Below are positions 51,055 to 60,380 of a DNA stretch of 64,000 nucleotides, piece after piece; position 1 is the first letter of the stretch, and every line of letters starts with the position of its first letter. The notes beneath the pieces were generated by a model. That model worked only from the letters and a program-made list of their open reading frames with translations. It was not told where the DNA came from and did not search any database. Origin of the DNA: Phycisphaerales bacterium (GTDB lineage: Bacteria > Planctomycetota > Phycisphaerae > Phycisphaerales > UBA1924). The stretch covers positions 1,664,001-1,728,000 of the forward strand of contig OZ245777.1 in the NCBI GenBank assembly GCA_965227775.1. The letters are read 5' to 3'. The position numbers were made by a program, and so were the translations under genes.

Positions 51055-54000
51055 ATGCCCAGCACGACGACCGCGCCGATGGCGCGCCCGTGGAAGTTGT
51101 TTCTTGCCGCCGGCATGGCGCTCGGCCTGGCGGCCAGCGCCGCGACGGCGACGCCCGAGTGCCCCGCCGACATCGACGGCGACGGTGAGCTGACGATCTT
51201 CGACTTCCTCGGATTCCAGAACCTGTTCTCCGCGGGTGACCCGGCGGCGGACTTCGACGGCGATGGTTCGCTGACGATCTTCGACTTCCTGGAGTTCCAG
51301 AACCAATTCGATGCGGGCTGCCCGGAGGGCGGCATCATCGAGACGGAGCTGGCCGCGACCATCGTCGGCGGTTATCCCTTCTCGAGCCACGTCGATGCGT
51401 ACAACACCGGCACGACGGTGAACATCGCGATCGATCCCGGCCTGTTCCCTAGCGTCGCGGGTCAGACGGCCGACGTATACGTCGTGGCCAACAAGAGCCA
51501 GGCCGAGTGGGATGCCGATCCGAGCCTGACCGACGTGCGCGCTGGTGGGGCCCAGTCGGTTGACTTCGTGGCCGGCACCATCCAGGACAACACCTTCATC
51601 ATCGATGGATCGGCAACGCTGGCGGGCCCGGCGGGCGACGACATCGCGGGCATCTACGACCTCGTCGTCGATCTCGACGGTGACGGCACGCTCAGCGACG
51701 GCGACCTGATCGACGGCCGCGGCGACCTGGGCGGCTTTGCGATCTTCAAGAACCTGACCCAGCTCGGCCCGTACGCCACGGCGCCGGGCCTCGACTACGC
51801 GGTCAGCTGGCCGGGCATCGTGTCGAGCCGCAACCGGCAGCTGACGGTCTACCCGGAGAACATTGCCGATCTGCCGCCGCTGCCGCTGGTGGTCATCAGC
51901 CACGGCAACGGGCACGATTATCGCTGGTACGACTTCCTGCAGCAGAACCTGGCGAGCCACGGCTTCGTGGTGATGACCAACCAGAATGACACCGTTCCTG
52001 GCATCGAGACGGCCAGCACGACGACGTACCTGCACACCGACGCGTTCCTCGGCTCGCTGAACACCATTGGTGGCGGCGTGCTGGAGGGGCAGATCGATAC
52101 GAGCCGCATCATGTGGATCGGCCACAGCCGCGGCGGCGAGGGCGTGGCCCGTGCATTCACTCGCGTGCGCGACGGCCTTGTGACCACGCAGAATTACGAT
52201 TCGGACGACATTGTGCTTGTGTCCAGCATCGCGCCCAACAACTCGCTCGGCGCGGGCAGCACCGAGCCCGGTCTGGTCAACTTCCACTTGCTGTGGGGCT
52301 CGGCCGACGGCGACATCTCCGGTGCACCGTCAGCGGGCGTGAGCTCGTTCGCGATCCATGATCGCGCCGAAGGCAACCGGTACAGCACGTATATACACGG
52401 CGCTGATCACAACGACTTCAACTGCTGCGGCTTCAACGACTTCTCTGGTCCTCCCAGCACCGAGATCGGTCGAGCCGAGGCCCAGCGGGTCCAGATGGCC
52501 GTGTATCTGGTGCTCGCCAAGCTGCACGCCGAGGAGAGCATCGGTGGTCGCATGGCCACCGAATTCCTCTGGCGACAGGCCGAGAGCCTCGAGAGCCTGA
52601 GCGTGAGCCAGACCACTACGGTCGTGCGCGAGTATCGCGAGACGCTCGACGGTGATGATTTCTACATCGACGACTTCCAGACCAACGGGGATCTGGATCA
52701 GAGCAGCTCGGGCGGCGCGGTCACGCTGACCGTCAACAATGCCCAAGAGATCCTGCAGAGCGACTCGGACGGTTCGTATAGCTGGACCGGTTCGCAGCCG
52801 AGCAACGGCATGACCCGCTCGACGGGTGGCGACGACTCGCGCGGCCTGGTGTTCGACTGGACGAGCGACAGCTTCATCGAGTTCGCGGTCATCCCGGGTG
52901 AGCGTGACTTCACCGACGACTTCTTCTTCAGCTTCCGCGCCGCCCAGGGCACGCGGCACCCGCAGACGGCCGCCCAGCTGGGCGACCTGACCTTCACCGT
53001 GAGCCTGCGTGATGGTGACGGCACGACCAGCTCCATCCAGACTGGCGTGTACGGTGGCGGCGTTGAAGAGCCCTACCAGCGCACCGGCTCTGGCTCGGGT
53101 GCGGGCTGGCAGAATGAGTACGAGACCACCCGCATCCGCCTGGACGACTTCCTCGTCAACGGCAGCGGGCTGGACCTCTCGAACATTGAAGCCGTCCGCT
53201 TCGACTTCGGCCCGAGCTTCGGGTCGTCGGTGGGGCGCCTTGGCCTCGATGACATCTACGTGAACAACAACCGTGCGCCGCTGGGCATCGACTTCGACCT
53301 TGAGACCCTGATTCCCGACATCGTGGCGCCGGGTGAGGCCGTGACGTTCGAGATCGAGATCAAGGCCAAGGACGGCGAGGCGCTCGTCGGCGGCTCGGAG
53401 GTCCTGCGGTACCGCTTCGACGGCGGGTCGTTCATCGACGTGCCGCTCGTGAGTCTGGGCGACGATCTCTACGAGGGCACGGTGCCTGCCGCGGCTTGCG
53501 GAGATACGCCCGAGTTCTTCGTGGCGGCCGAGGGCACGGTCAGCGGCGAGGTGGTCTTCCCGCCGACGGCGCCGAGCGACTTCTTTAGCTATCAAGTTGC
53601 CAACCAGACATTCATCGTCGATCTCGACTTCGAGACGGCGGTGGGCTGGACGGTCGAGAACATCGAGCTGACCGATGGAGCCTGGGACCGAGGCGTGCCC
53701 GCGGCCGGTGGTCGCGGTGATCCGTTTGCCGACTTCGACGGTTCGGGCCAGTGCTGGCTGACCGACAACGTTGCGGGCAACAGCGATGTTGACGGCGGTC
53801 CGACGATCCTGATCTCGCCGGTGTACGACCTGAGCGCGACGCCCGACGCGCAGCTCAGCTACGCCCGTTGGTTCACCAACGACGACCTGGACGTCGACAC
53901 CATGGACGTCGAGGTCTCCAACAACGGTGGGCTCGACTGGGTGACCATCGAGAGCACCGGCGACGCTGCAGGCTGGGTCAAGAAGACCTGGATGCTCAGC

Positions 54001-54120
54001 GACTTCGTGCCCGTGACGAGCCAGATGCGGTTCCGCTTCCTGGCCACCGACAACCCCAACGACTCGGTGACCGAGGCAGGCCTGGACGCGTTCCAGATCT
54101 TCACCACAAGCTGCCCGTAA
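51055..54120 (+). CDS. secreted multidomain alpha/beta-hydrolase with N-terminal GC-type dockerin
   Basis: GAGGAG RBS, signal peptide, CPADIDGDG..AGC module, LVVISHGNG, GHSRGGEG nucleophile elbow, DGD, GADHNDF; beta-rich C-terminal domains. Confidence 0.85.
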   Translation: MPSTTTAPMARPWKLFLAAGMALGLAASAATATPECPADIDGDGELTIFDFLGFQNLFSAGDPAADFDGDGSLTIFDFLEFQNQFDAGCPEGGIIETELAATIVGGYPFSSHVDAYNTGTTVNIAIDPGLFPSVAGQTADVYVVANKSQAEWDADPSLTDVRAGGAQSVDFVAGTIQDNTFIIDGSATLAGPAGDDIAGIYDLVVDLDGDGTLSDGDLIDGRGDLGGFAIFKNLTQLGPYATAPGLDYAVSWPGIVSSRNRQLTVYPENIADLPPLPLVVISHGNGHDYRWYDFLQQNLASHGFVVMTNQNDTVPGIETASTTTYLHTDAFLGSLNTIGGGVLEGQIDTSRIMWIGHSRGGEGVARAFTRVRDGLVTTQNYDSDDIVLVSSIAPNNSLGAGSTEPGLVNFHLLWGSADGDISGAPSAGVSSFAIHDRAEGNRYSTYIHGADHNDFNCCGFNDFSGPPSTEIGRAEAQRVQMAVYLVLAKLHAEESIGGRMATEFLWRQAESLESLSVSQTTTVVREYRETLDGDDFYIDDFQTNGDLDQSSSGGAVTLTVNNAQEILQSDSDGSYSWTGSQPSNGMTRSTGGDDSRGLVFDWTSDSFIEFAVIPGERDFTDDFFFSFRAAQGTRHPQTAAQLGDLTFTVSLRDGDGTTSSIQTGVYGGGVEEPYQRTGSGSGAGWQNEYETTRIRLDDFLVNGSGLDLSNIEAVRFDFGPSFGSSVGRLGLDDIYVNNNRAPLGIDFDLETLIPDIVAPGEAVTFEIEIKAKDGEALVGGSEVLRYRFDGGSFIDVPLVSLGDDLYEGTVPAAACGDTPEFFVAAEGTVSGEVVFPPTAPSDFFSYQVANQTFIVDLDFETAVGWTVENIELTDGAWDRGVPAAGGRGDPFADFDGSGQCWLTDNVAGNSDVDGGPTILISPVYDLSATPDAQLSYARWFTNDDLDVDTMDVEVSNNGGLDWVTIESTGDAAGWVKKTWMLSDFVPVTSQMRFRFLATDNPNDSVTEAGLDAFQIFTTSCP

Positions 54121-54154
54121 CTCGAAAGAAACCGGTAGCGTGAGGTTCGATTCT

Positions 54155-54189
54155 GGCGGGGCCCGTGCGAGACGCGGGCCCCGCCTTTT
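54155..54189 (+). terminator. intrinsic terminator
   Basis: GGCGGGGCCCG...CGGGCCCCGCC followed by TTTT. Confidence 0.8.
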
Positions 54190-54192
54190 CGT

Positions 54193-54966
54193 TTAGATCG
54201 CGTCGGCGACGATTGACGACACGCCGAGTGTGCGGCGGGCACGTTCCGCGTCGCTCTGCGTGCGGAATCGGCCGACGTGTACGAGGTAGAGCACGCGACC
54301 GTCGCGGGTGGCCAGCTCGATGCGAGGCTCGCCAAGCCCGCTCGTGCGCGCGGCGGAGCTGACCTCTGTGACGCGCTGCGACGCTCGCGTGCGCGTGCTG
54401 TAGGCGCCCATCTGCAGCGTGTAGCCGCCCGCGGCGAATCCCGGGGCGCCGGTGCGCGCGGGTTCGAACATGCCAACGGAACGGCGGCGCATGCGTTCGG
54501 CGTCGCTGGTGCGACCTGCCTGCTCGTAGGCCTGGGCGGCAACGCGTGCGGCCTCGCGTGCGTCTGCCCCATCAAGCTGGACGCTGGCCGCCTCGAGTTG
54601 GCGGGCGGATTGCAGCGGGTCGCCCGTGCGTAGCTCGATGAGGGCCAGTCCCGCCTGGGCCCGGGCCGCGCGGTCTCCCGAGCCGCGGGCGATGGGCTGG
54701 AGCCACGCGCGGGCGGTGGCGTCGTCGCGCATGGCCTCGGCGCTGAGCCCGGCGACGAGTGCGGCATCGGAGTTGCCGCCGGGCCTGCCCTCGACCGCTT
54801 GGGCGCGCGCCAGCGCGGCGCCGTATTGCCCGGCTTCGTAGTACTCGCGGTACGAGGCCTGCCTGCCGCCGCTGGCGCATGCCCCGAGCGCCAGGCTTGC
54901 GAGCATCAGGGCAAGCGTGCATGTCCGACGCGCGGCCGCCGGCTTAGTTAGTGGTCGGTCTACCAT
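54193..54966 (-). CDS. SPOR-domain lipoprotein
   Basis: Lipobox LALGAC, TPR-like helices, C-terminal YTLQMGAYS...A...YLVHVGRF....AE. Confidence 0.8.
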   Translation of the reverse strand: MVDRPLTKPAAARRTCTLALMLASLALGACASGGRQASYREYYEAGQYGAALARAQAVEGRPGGNSDAALVAGLSAEAMRDDATARAWLQPIARGSGDRAARAQAGLALIELRTGDPLQSARQLEAASVQLDGADAREAARVAAQAYEQAGRTSDAERMRRRSVGMFEPARTGAPGFAAGGYTLQMGAYSTRTRASQRVTEVSSAARTSGLGEPRIELATRDGRVLYLVHVGRFRTQSDAERARRTLGVSSIVADAI

Positions 54967-55039
54967 GCGCACATCCTTCGCGTCTCGATCGCTCCGGGCA
55001 GGAGGCCCGCCGCACGAGCGTGAAACGGGGGCCCGAGCC

Positions 55040-56536
55040 TTGAGCATCCAATGGTCGTTGCTGCGGAGTCTGATCCGCCACGGACGGAAGACGCTGGTCG
55101 TCGATGACCGCTCGAGCTACACGGGATTGAAGATCCTGGCGGCCAGCTACTTCGTGGCTGCGGAGATCGAGCGGCGGTGCCACACCGACACGGTCGGCGT
55201 CATGCTGCCCACGAGCGGCGGATTCCCGATCGCTGCCCTGGCCGGGTGGATGCTTGGCAAGACGGTCGTGCCGCTGAACTACCTACTGAAGCAGGAAGAG
55301 CTGCAGTACGTCATCGACCACTGCGGCTGCGACACGATCGTGACGGCCGGCCCGATGCTCGAGTTTCTGGGCTACGAGCCTCGTTGCAAGCACCTCATCA
55401 AGCTCGACGAGGTCAACTTCAAGGGGGTGCCCGAGCTGCGATGGCCGGCTCGGTCGAACCTCGATGATCTTGCCGTGCTGCTGTATACCTCTGGCACCAG
55501 CGGGCGGCCCAAGGGTGTGATGCTGACGCACGCGAATCTGCTGAGCAACATCCGGCAGATCGACAACTTCGTGCAGTTCACACGCGACAACCACACCTTC
55601 CTGAGCGTGCTGCCGCAGTTCCACAGCTTTGGCCTGACCGTGATGACACTGTTGCCGCTGCTGCTCGGCCAGCGCGTGGTGTACACAGCCCGGTTCGTGC
55701 CGCAGGCGGTCGTCAAGCTGTTCCGCGAGCACCAGCCGACGGTGTTCGTGGGAATCCCCTCGATGTATGGCGCCTTGCTCTCGGTGAAGTCGGCAACGGC
55801 CGAGGACTTCTCCAAGATCCGCTACGCCGTCTCGGGTGGTGAACCGCTGCCGCAGGACATCTTTCGTCGATTCCAGGAACGCTTCGGCGTGGCTATCCAC
55901 GAGGGGTACGGGCTCACCGAGACCAGCCCGGTCACGCACTGGTGCCGGCCGACGGAGTTCCGGGCGCACTGCGTCGGGCTGCCGCTGCCCGAGGTCGAGC
56001 AACGCATCACCTGTGTCGAGCGTGGGCGCACGCTGCGGCCGGGCGAAGACGGCGAGATTCGCGTGAAGGGGCCCAACGTCATGAAGGGCTACTACAAGCA
56101 GGAGACCGAGACCGCGCGCGTGTTCGACGGCGATGGATTCTTCCGCACGGGCGACATCGGCCACGTCGACGAGGTCGGCCGGCTGCTCATCACAGGCCGG
56201 TTGAAAGAGATGATGATCGTCGGCGGCGAGAATGTCTTCCCACGCGAGATCGAGGAGGTGCTGAACCACCACCCCGATGTGCTCGCTTCGGGTGTCACGA
56301 GCCGGGCCGACCCGATGCGCGGCGAGGAGATCGTCGCGTTCGTCGAGCCCGAGGAGGGCGCCTCGCCCGAGCCGCAGGCGCTCAAGGCCTGGTGCAAGGA
56401 GAAGCTGGCGGGCTACAAGGTGCCGCGTGAGGTGCGTGTCGTCGAGGCCTTGCCGAGGAATCCGACAGGCAAGATCATGCGGCGCGAGCTCAAGGCCGTG
56501 CTGGAACGCGAGGCGGCGGCTACGGTTTCGACCTGA
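55040..56536 (+). CDS. AMP-binding acyl-CoA/acyl-ACP synthetase
   Basis: YTSGTSGRPKG, EGYGLTETSP, FRTGD, GRLKEM, PRNPTGKI. TTG start inferred. Confidence 0.92.
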   Translation: MSIQWSLLRSLIRHGRKTLVVDDRSSYTGLKILAASYFVAAEIERRCHTDTVGVMLPTSGGFPIAALAGWMLGKTVVPLNYLLKQEELQYVIDHCGCDTIVTAGPMLEFLGYEPRCKHLIKLDEVNFKGVPELRWPARSNLDDLAVLLYTSGTSGRPKGVMLTHANLLSNIRQIDNFVQFTRDNHTFLSVLPQFHSFGLTVMTLLPLLLGQRVVYTARFVPQAVVKLFREHQPTVFVGIPSMYGALLSVKSATAEDFSKIRYAVSGGEPLPQDIFRRFQERFGVAIHEGYGLTETSPVTHWCRPTEFRAHCVGLPLPEVEQRITCVERGRTLRPGEDGEIRVKGPNVMKGYYKQETETARVFDGDGFFRTGDIGHVDEVGRLLITGRLKEMMIVGGENVFPREIEEVLNHHPDVLASGVTSRADPMRGEEIVAFVEPEEGASPEPQALKAWCKEKLAGYKVPREVRVVEALPRNPTGKIMRRELKAVLEREAAATVST

Positions 56537-56609
56537 TCCGTTCGCGCGCTGGGAAGTCACCCAGGGTGCGTGGGACTCGTCATTTTCCAGCCCCCAAGGA
56601 ACCGCCCGC

Positions 56610-57254
56610 GTGGAACTCTACATCGACACGGCCAACCTCGACCAGATCCGCCAGGCCCACGAGATGGGCGTCCTCGACGGCGTGACGACCAACCCCACGC
56701 TCATCGCGAAGGAAGGCGTCGATTACGGCACGCGGCTGGCGGACATTTGCGAGGTCGTCTCAGGCCCCGTGTCCGCGGAGGTCATCGCGACGAAGTTTGG
56801 CGAGATGCTCGCTGAGGGCAAGGACCGCGCGAGCATCGCCGAAAACATCGTGGTGAAGCTGCCCAGCACGGTTGATGGCCTTCGCGCGTGCAAGGCGCTC
56901 AGCGACGAGGGCATTCGCACGAACATGACGCTGTGCTTCCAGTCGCTGCAGGCGCTCATGGTTGCCAAGGCGGGGGCGTACCTCGTCAGCCCGTTCATCG
57001 GCCGGATCGACGACATCGGCGAAGACGGCATGGAGCTGATCGTCAAGATCCGACAGATCTACGACAACTACGGCATGGCAACGAAGATCCTTGCGGCCTC
57101 GATCCGCCACCCGAACCACCTGCTGCAGTGTGCGATGGTGGGGGCCGACGTGGCAACGGTGCCGTTCGATGTCATCGGCAAGGTCATGAACCATCCTCTG
57201 ACCGACTCGGGGCTCGAGCGATTCCTCGCCGACTACAAGAAGGCGTTCGGCTGA
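56610..57254 (+). CDS. transaldolase / fructose-6-phosphate aldolase (TalC/Fsa type)
   Basis: YIDTAN, GVTTNPTL, VVKLP, TNMTLCF, SPFIGRIDD, LAASIR, HPLTD.GL..FL.D. Confidence 0.95.
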   Translation: MELYIDTANLDQIRQAHEMGVLDGVTTNPTLIAKEGVDYGTRLADICEVVSGPVSAEVIATKFGEMLAEGKDRASIAENIVVKLPSTVDGLRACKALSDEGIRTNMTLCFQSLQALMVAKAGAYLVSPFIGRIDDIGEDGMELIVKIRQIYDNYGMATKILAASIRHPNHLLQCAMVGADVATVPFDVIGKVMNHPLTDSGLERFLADYKKAFG

Positions 57255-57255
57255 G

Positions 57256-57744
57256 TCAATAGCCGTTGACGGGGCGTTTCAGGCGCGCCAAAACCTCAAC
57301 TTCGACGGGCGCCGCGAGCGGCAGCGACGAGCAGCCGACGGCGGCGCGTGCGTGCCGGCCGTGCTCGCCAAAGACCTGTTGGAAGAGTTCGCTCGCGCCA
57401 TTGCCAACCTTGGGGTGATCGGTGAACGCCGGCCCGCAGGCAACGAAGATGCCCAGGCGGACAATGCCGGCGATGTTGTCAAGCCCGCCGGCGTACTCGT
57501 GCAGGGCGGCGAGGGCGTTGATCCCGCACGTGCGGGCGAGGGCCTGGGCCTGGTCGAGGCTGACATCTACGCCGACAAGGCCGGTATGCGGGAGGGCCCC
57601 ACTCACGAATGGGAGCTGCCCACTGACGTAGGCGTGGTCACCGTCGACGCGGACTGGCACGTACGACGCGACGGCCGGTGGCGGCTTGGGAAGCTCGATG
57701 CCGAGACCGGTAAGAGTTTGGTTAATATTCGGATTCTCGGGCAT
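57256..57744 (-). CDS. RidA/YjgF family protein
   Basis: YVSGQLP, F.DHP.V.NGAS.L...FG..G.HARAAVG..SLP....VEVE. Confidence 0.92.
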   Translation of the reverse strand: MPENPNINQTLTGLGIELPKPPPAVASYVPVRVDGDHAYVSGQLPFVSGALPHTGLVGVDVSLDQAQALARTCGINALAALHEYAGGLDNIAGIVRLGIFVACGPAFTDHPKVGNGASELFQQVFGEHGRHARAAVGCSSLPLAAPVEVEVLARLKRPVNGY

Positions 57745-57823
57745 CTGTGGCTCTCGTTTGGAAAATGATTGGTAGAATTGGTACGAAATTCACTGAAAGT
57801 GGGTCCGATCGCAACCATCGGGC

Positions 57824-57870
57824 TTGACTCACGAATCGATTCCAGTAATCTGTACGCGCTACGCGTAGCG
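57824..57870 (+). promoter_or_regulatory. putative sigma-70 promoter with 14-bp palindrome near the start site
   Basis: TTGACT (57824-29), 16 bp, TAATCT (57846-51); CGCTACGCGTAGCG at 57857-70. Confidence 0.45.
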
Positions 57871-58197
57871 GGAAGGGGACTCCAGCGGGTATACGCAACA
57901 CCGTTCTGATGGGACGACATCGCTCGCCCACGTCATCAGCACCCGCTTGAGACACACTTCCGACATCTTGACGATCGCTCCGGCCGGCCCCACGGGGCCA
58001 GCATCAGGCCGCCAGCGATCAGCCCCGCCCAGGCATCGCGTGCTCGTGATGCTCCTGGCATAGCCGAGACCAGGGTCGGCGGGTGCACGGAAACATGACT
58101 CGGCTCCGCTTGGTCCGCACGGTATTGTGGGCCGCTGATGATGTCCGGCCGCTTTGCACATCGGTGCGAGCTGCCGGGGAATTTGGAGCAACGTTCC

Positions 58198-59220
58198 ATG
58201 AAGACGATCAAGAACCGCAAGGCGTTCACGCTGATCGAGCTGCTGGTGGTCATCGCGATCATCGCACTGCTGATCGGCATCCTGCTGCCGGCTCTGGGCA
58301 AGGCTCGCGCCACCGCCCGCCAGCTGAAGGATTCGACCCAGGTCCGTGGCATCGTTCAGGCCATGGCCATCTGGGCCCAGAACAACCAGGAGCAGTACCC
58401 CATCCCGAGCCGCGTCGACCGTAACGGCGACACGCTGGGTGGCCCTTCGCCGACTCCTGACTTCAGCAAGGACACCACGGGCAACGCCCTGTCGCTGCTG
58501 ATCTTCAACGGCTTCTTCCCCGTTGAACTCGCCGTCAGCCCGGCCGAAGCCGGCGACGTCGAGCAGATGGAAGACTACGAGAGCGCCCAGCCCCAGGAAG
58601 CTGAGGAGCCCGAGTCCGCCCTGTGGGACCCGCGCTTCCGCGGCACGCCCTTCGACAACAACGACGGCGTGAGCTACCCGTCGGGTACCAGCGGCCCGAG
58701 CAACAACTCGTACGCCCAGGTTCCCTACTTCGGCGCTCGCAACCGCATCTGGAGCAACACCTTCAGCTCGACCGACGCCATCCTGGGCAACCGTGGCCCG
58801 GCGTACCAGATCGACGGTTCGGGCGAGACCGCGACCTGGGACCTCGCCGAGGACAGCGACGTCGGCGATCGCTCGGTGACCCTGCTGATCCACGGCTCGA
58901 AGACCCAGTGGGCCGGCAACACTGGCTACAACGATCAGCACGTCGAGTTCCACACCCGTCCCGATCCGGAGAACCTGACCTTCACGTTTACCGGTAGCGG
59001 CTCGGGCAGCGCGTTCACCCGTCCGGACAACCTGTTCGTGTCGGAGAACGACGAGACCGGTCAGTCGGCCAGCGGCGTTCCGAGCAGCTCGGAGCACACC
59101 ATCCGCTCGACCAGCACCGGTGGCACCCAGGCCCTCGACATGAGCAACGCGTACCTGCGTCCTGTCATCGAGGTCCAGCGCGCCGGCATCACATACACGG
59201 TCGACGTCTGGCTCGACTAA
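58198..59220 (+). CDS. prepilin-type N-terminal cleavage/methylation domain protein
   Basis: RKAFTLIELLVVIAIIALLIGILLPALGKAR; C-terminal WAGNTGYNDQHV. Confidence 0.92.
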   Translation: MKTIKNRKAFTLIELLVVIAIIALLIGILLPALGKARATARQLKDSTQVRGIVQAMAIWAQNNQEQYPIPSRVDRNGDTLGGPSPTPDFSKDTTGNALSLLIFNGFFPVELAVSPAEAGDVEQMEDYESAQPQEAEEPESALWDPRFRGTPFDNNDGVSYPSGTSGPSNNSYAQVPYFGARNRIWSNTFSSTDAILGNRGPAYQIDGSGETATWDLAEDSDVGDRSVTLLIHGSKTQWAGNTGYNDQHVEFHTRPDPENLTFTFTGSGSGSAFTRPDNLFVSENDETGQSASGVPSSSEHTIRSTSTGGTQALDMSNAYLRPVIEVQRAGITYTVDVWLD

Positions 59221-59277
59221 GTCCGATTTTCATCGGACGCTCGGGCCGGGTTCTCGGCCTGATAGCTTGATTTCTTG

Positions 59278-59311
59278 ACGCCGCGGGCCCTCTGGCCCGC
59301 GGCGTTTTTTT
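59278..59311 (+). terminator. intrinsic terminator
   Basis: ACGCCGCGGGCC-ctct-GGCCCGCGGCGT followed by a T-run. Confidence 0.85.
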
Positions 59312-59405
59312 GTTTGCCCAGACTACCAGCCGGAACCAAAACGACCGCTTGACGTAAAATTTACAGATGGGGAATCGGGGGCTCTTTGCGATGCAAGTGA
59401 AACAG

Positions 59406-60359
59406 ATGGCACGTCGATCCAATGCACGGGCGTTCACGCTCATCGAGCTCTTGGTGGTCATCGCGATCATCGCGCTTCTCATCGGCATCCTGCTGCCGGC
59501 GCTGGGCCAGGCGCGGCTGGTGGCCCGCCAGGTGAAGGACGCCACGCAGGTGCGCGGTGTTGCGCAGGGCATGGCGGTGTGGGCGCAATCGAACAACGAG
59601 CGGTACCCGTTGCCGGGCGAGGTCGATCGGAATAATGCCACTGTGGCGGCGACCGAGCGCGAGATCAAGAACAACACGGGCAACATCCTCTCGCTCATGG
59701 TGTTCAACGGGCTGTTGCCGGTTGAACTGCTCGTGAGCCCGGCCGAGGCGAGCGATCGCATCCAGGTTGATGCGGGATATGAGGACAGGCTTCCGAGCGC
59801 GGCGCTCGATCCGGAGTTCGCGGTCTTCGATCCGGGATTCGCCGGCGTGCCCAGCGAGCGAACCGGGAGCGCGGGTGGGCCTGTGCGGCGCCTCGATGGT
59901 CAGATCGGGTTCACCTCGTACGCCCACTCGGCGCCGTTTGGTGATCGCCAGAAGATCTGGGGCGCGACCAACGAGTCGCAGCAGGCGCTCATCGGCAACC
60001 GCGGGCCGACGTACGGCGGCGATCCTGGTGATTGGTACCTCGCGCCTGGCTTCTTTGGTGAGGACAGCAAGACCCTGCTCATTCATGGCCGCAAGAACGA
60101 GTGGGCGGGCAACATCGCCTACAACGACATGCGGGTCGTGTACGAGTTGCGACCCGACCCGCAGGCGTTGACGTTTGTGTTCCGCGACTATGACAAGCCG
60201 ACACAGGCGGACAACCTGTTCGTCAACGAGGACGACGATCGTGGTTCGCCGGCGCAGCCCGATCAGCGGATCGGAATCGGAGAGAACGCTTTCCTGCGGC
60301 CCTACAAGAACGTTCGCCGAGAGGGATCGATCTTTATCGCTGACCCATTCTGGGACTGA
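59406..60359 (+). CDS. prepilin-type N-terminal cleavage/methylation domain protein (paralog)
   Basis: RAFTLIELLVVIAIIALLIGILLPALGQAR; WAGNIAYNDMRV. Start may be 59391. Confidence 0.92.
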   Translation: MARRSNARAFTLIELLVVIAIIALLIGILLPALGQARLVARQVKDATQVRGVAQGMAVWAQSNNERYPLPGEVDRNNATVAATEREIKNNTGNILSLMVFNGLLPVELLVSPAEASDRIQVDAGYEDRLPSAALDPEFAVFDPGFAGVPSERTGSAGGPVRRLDGQIGFTSYAHSAPFGDRQKIWGATNESQQALIGNRGPTYGGDPGDWYLAPGFFGEDSKTLLIHGRKNEWAGNIAYNDMRVVYELRPDPQALTFVFRDYDKPTQADNLFVNEDDDRGSPAQPDQRIGIGENAFLRPYKNVRREGSIFIADPFWD

Positions 60360-60380
60360 CTCGCTCGCAGCCTGTGGCGG

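Noticed and set aside
57870..58197. Known riboswitch (c-di-GMP, cobalamin, TPP) in the pilin leader
   Set aside because: Diagnostic consensus motifs not found by eye; kept only as an unassigned structured-leader candidate.
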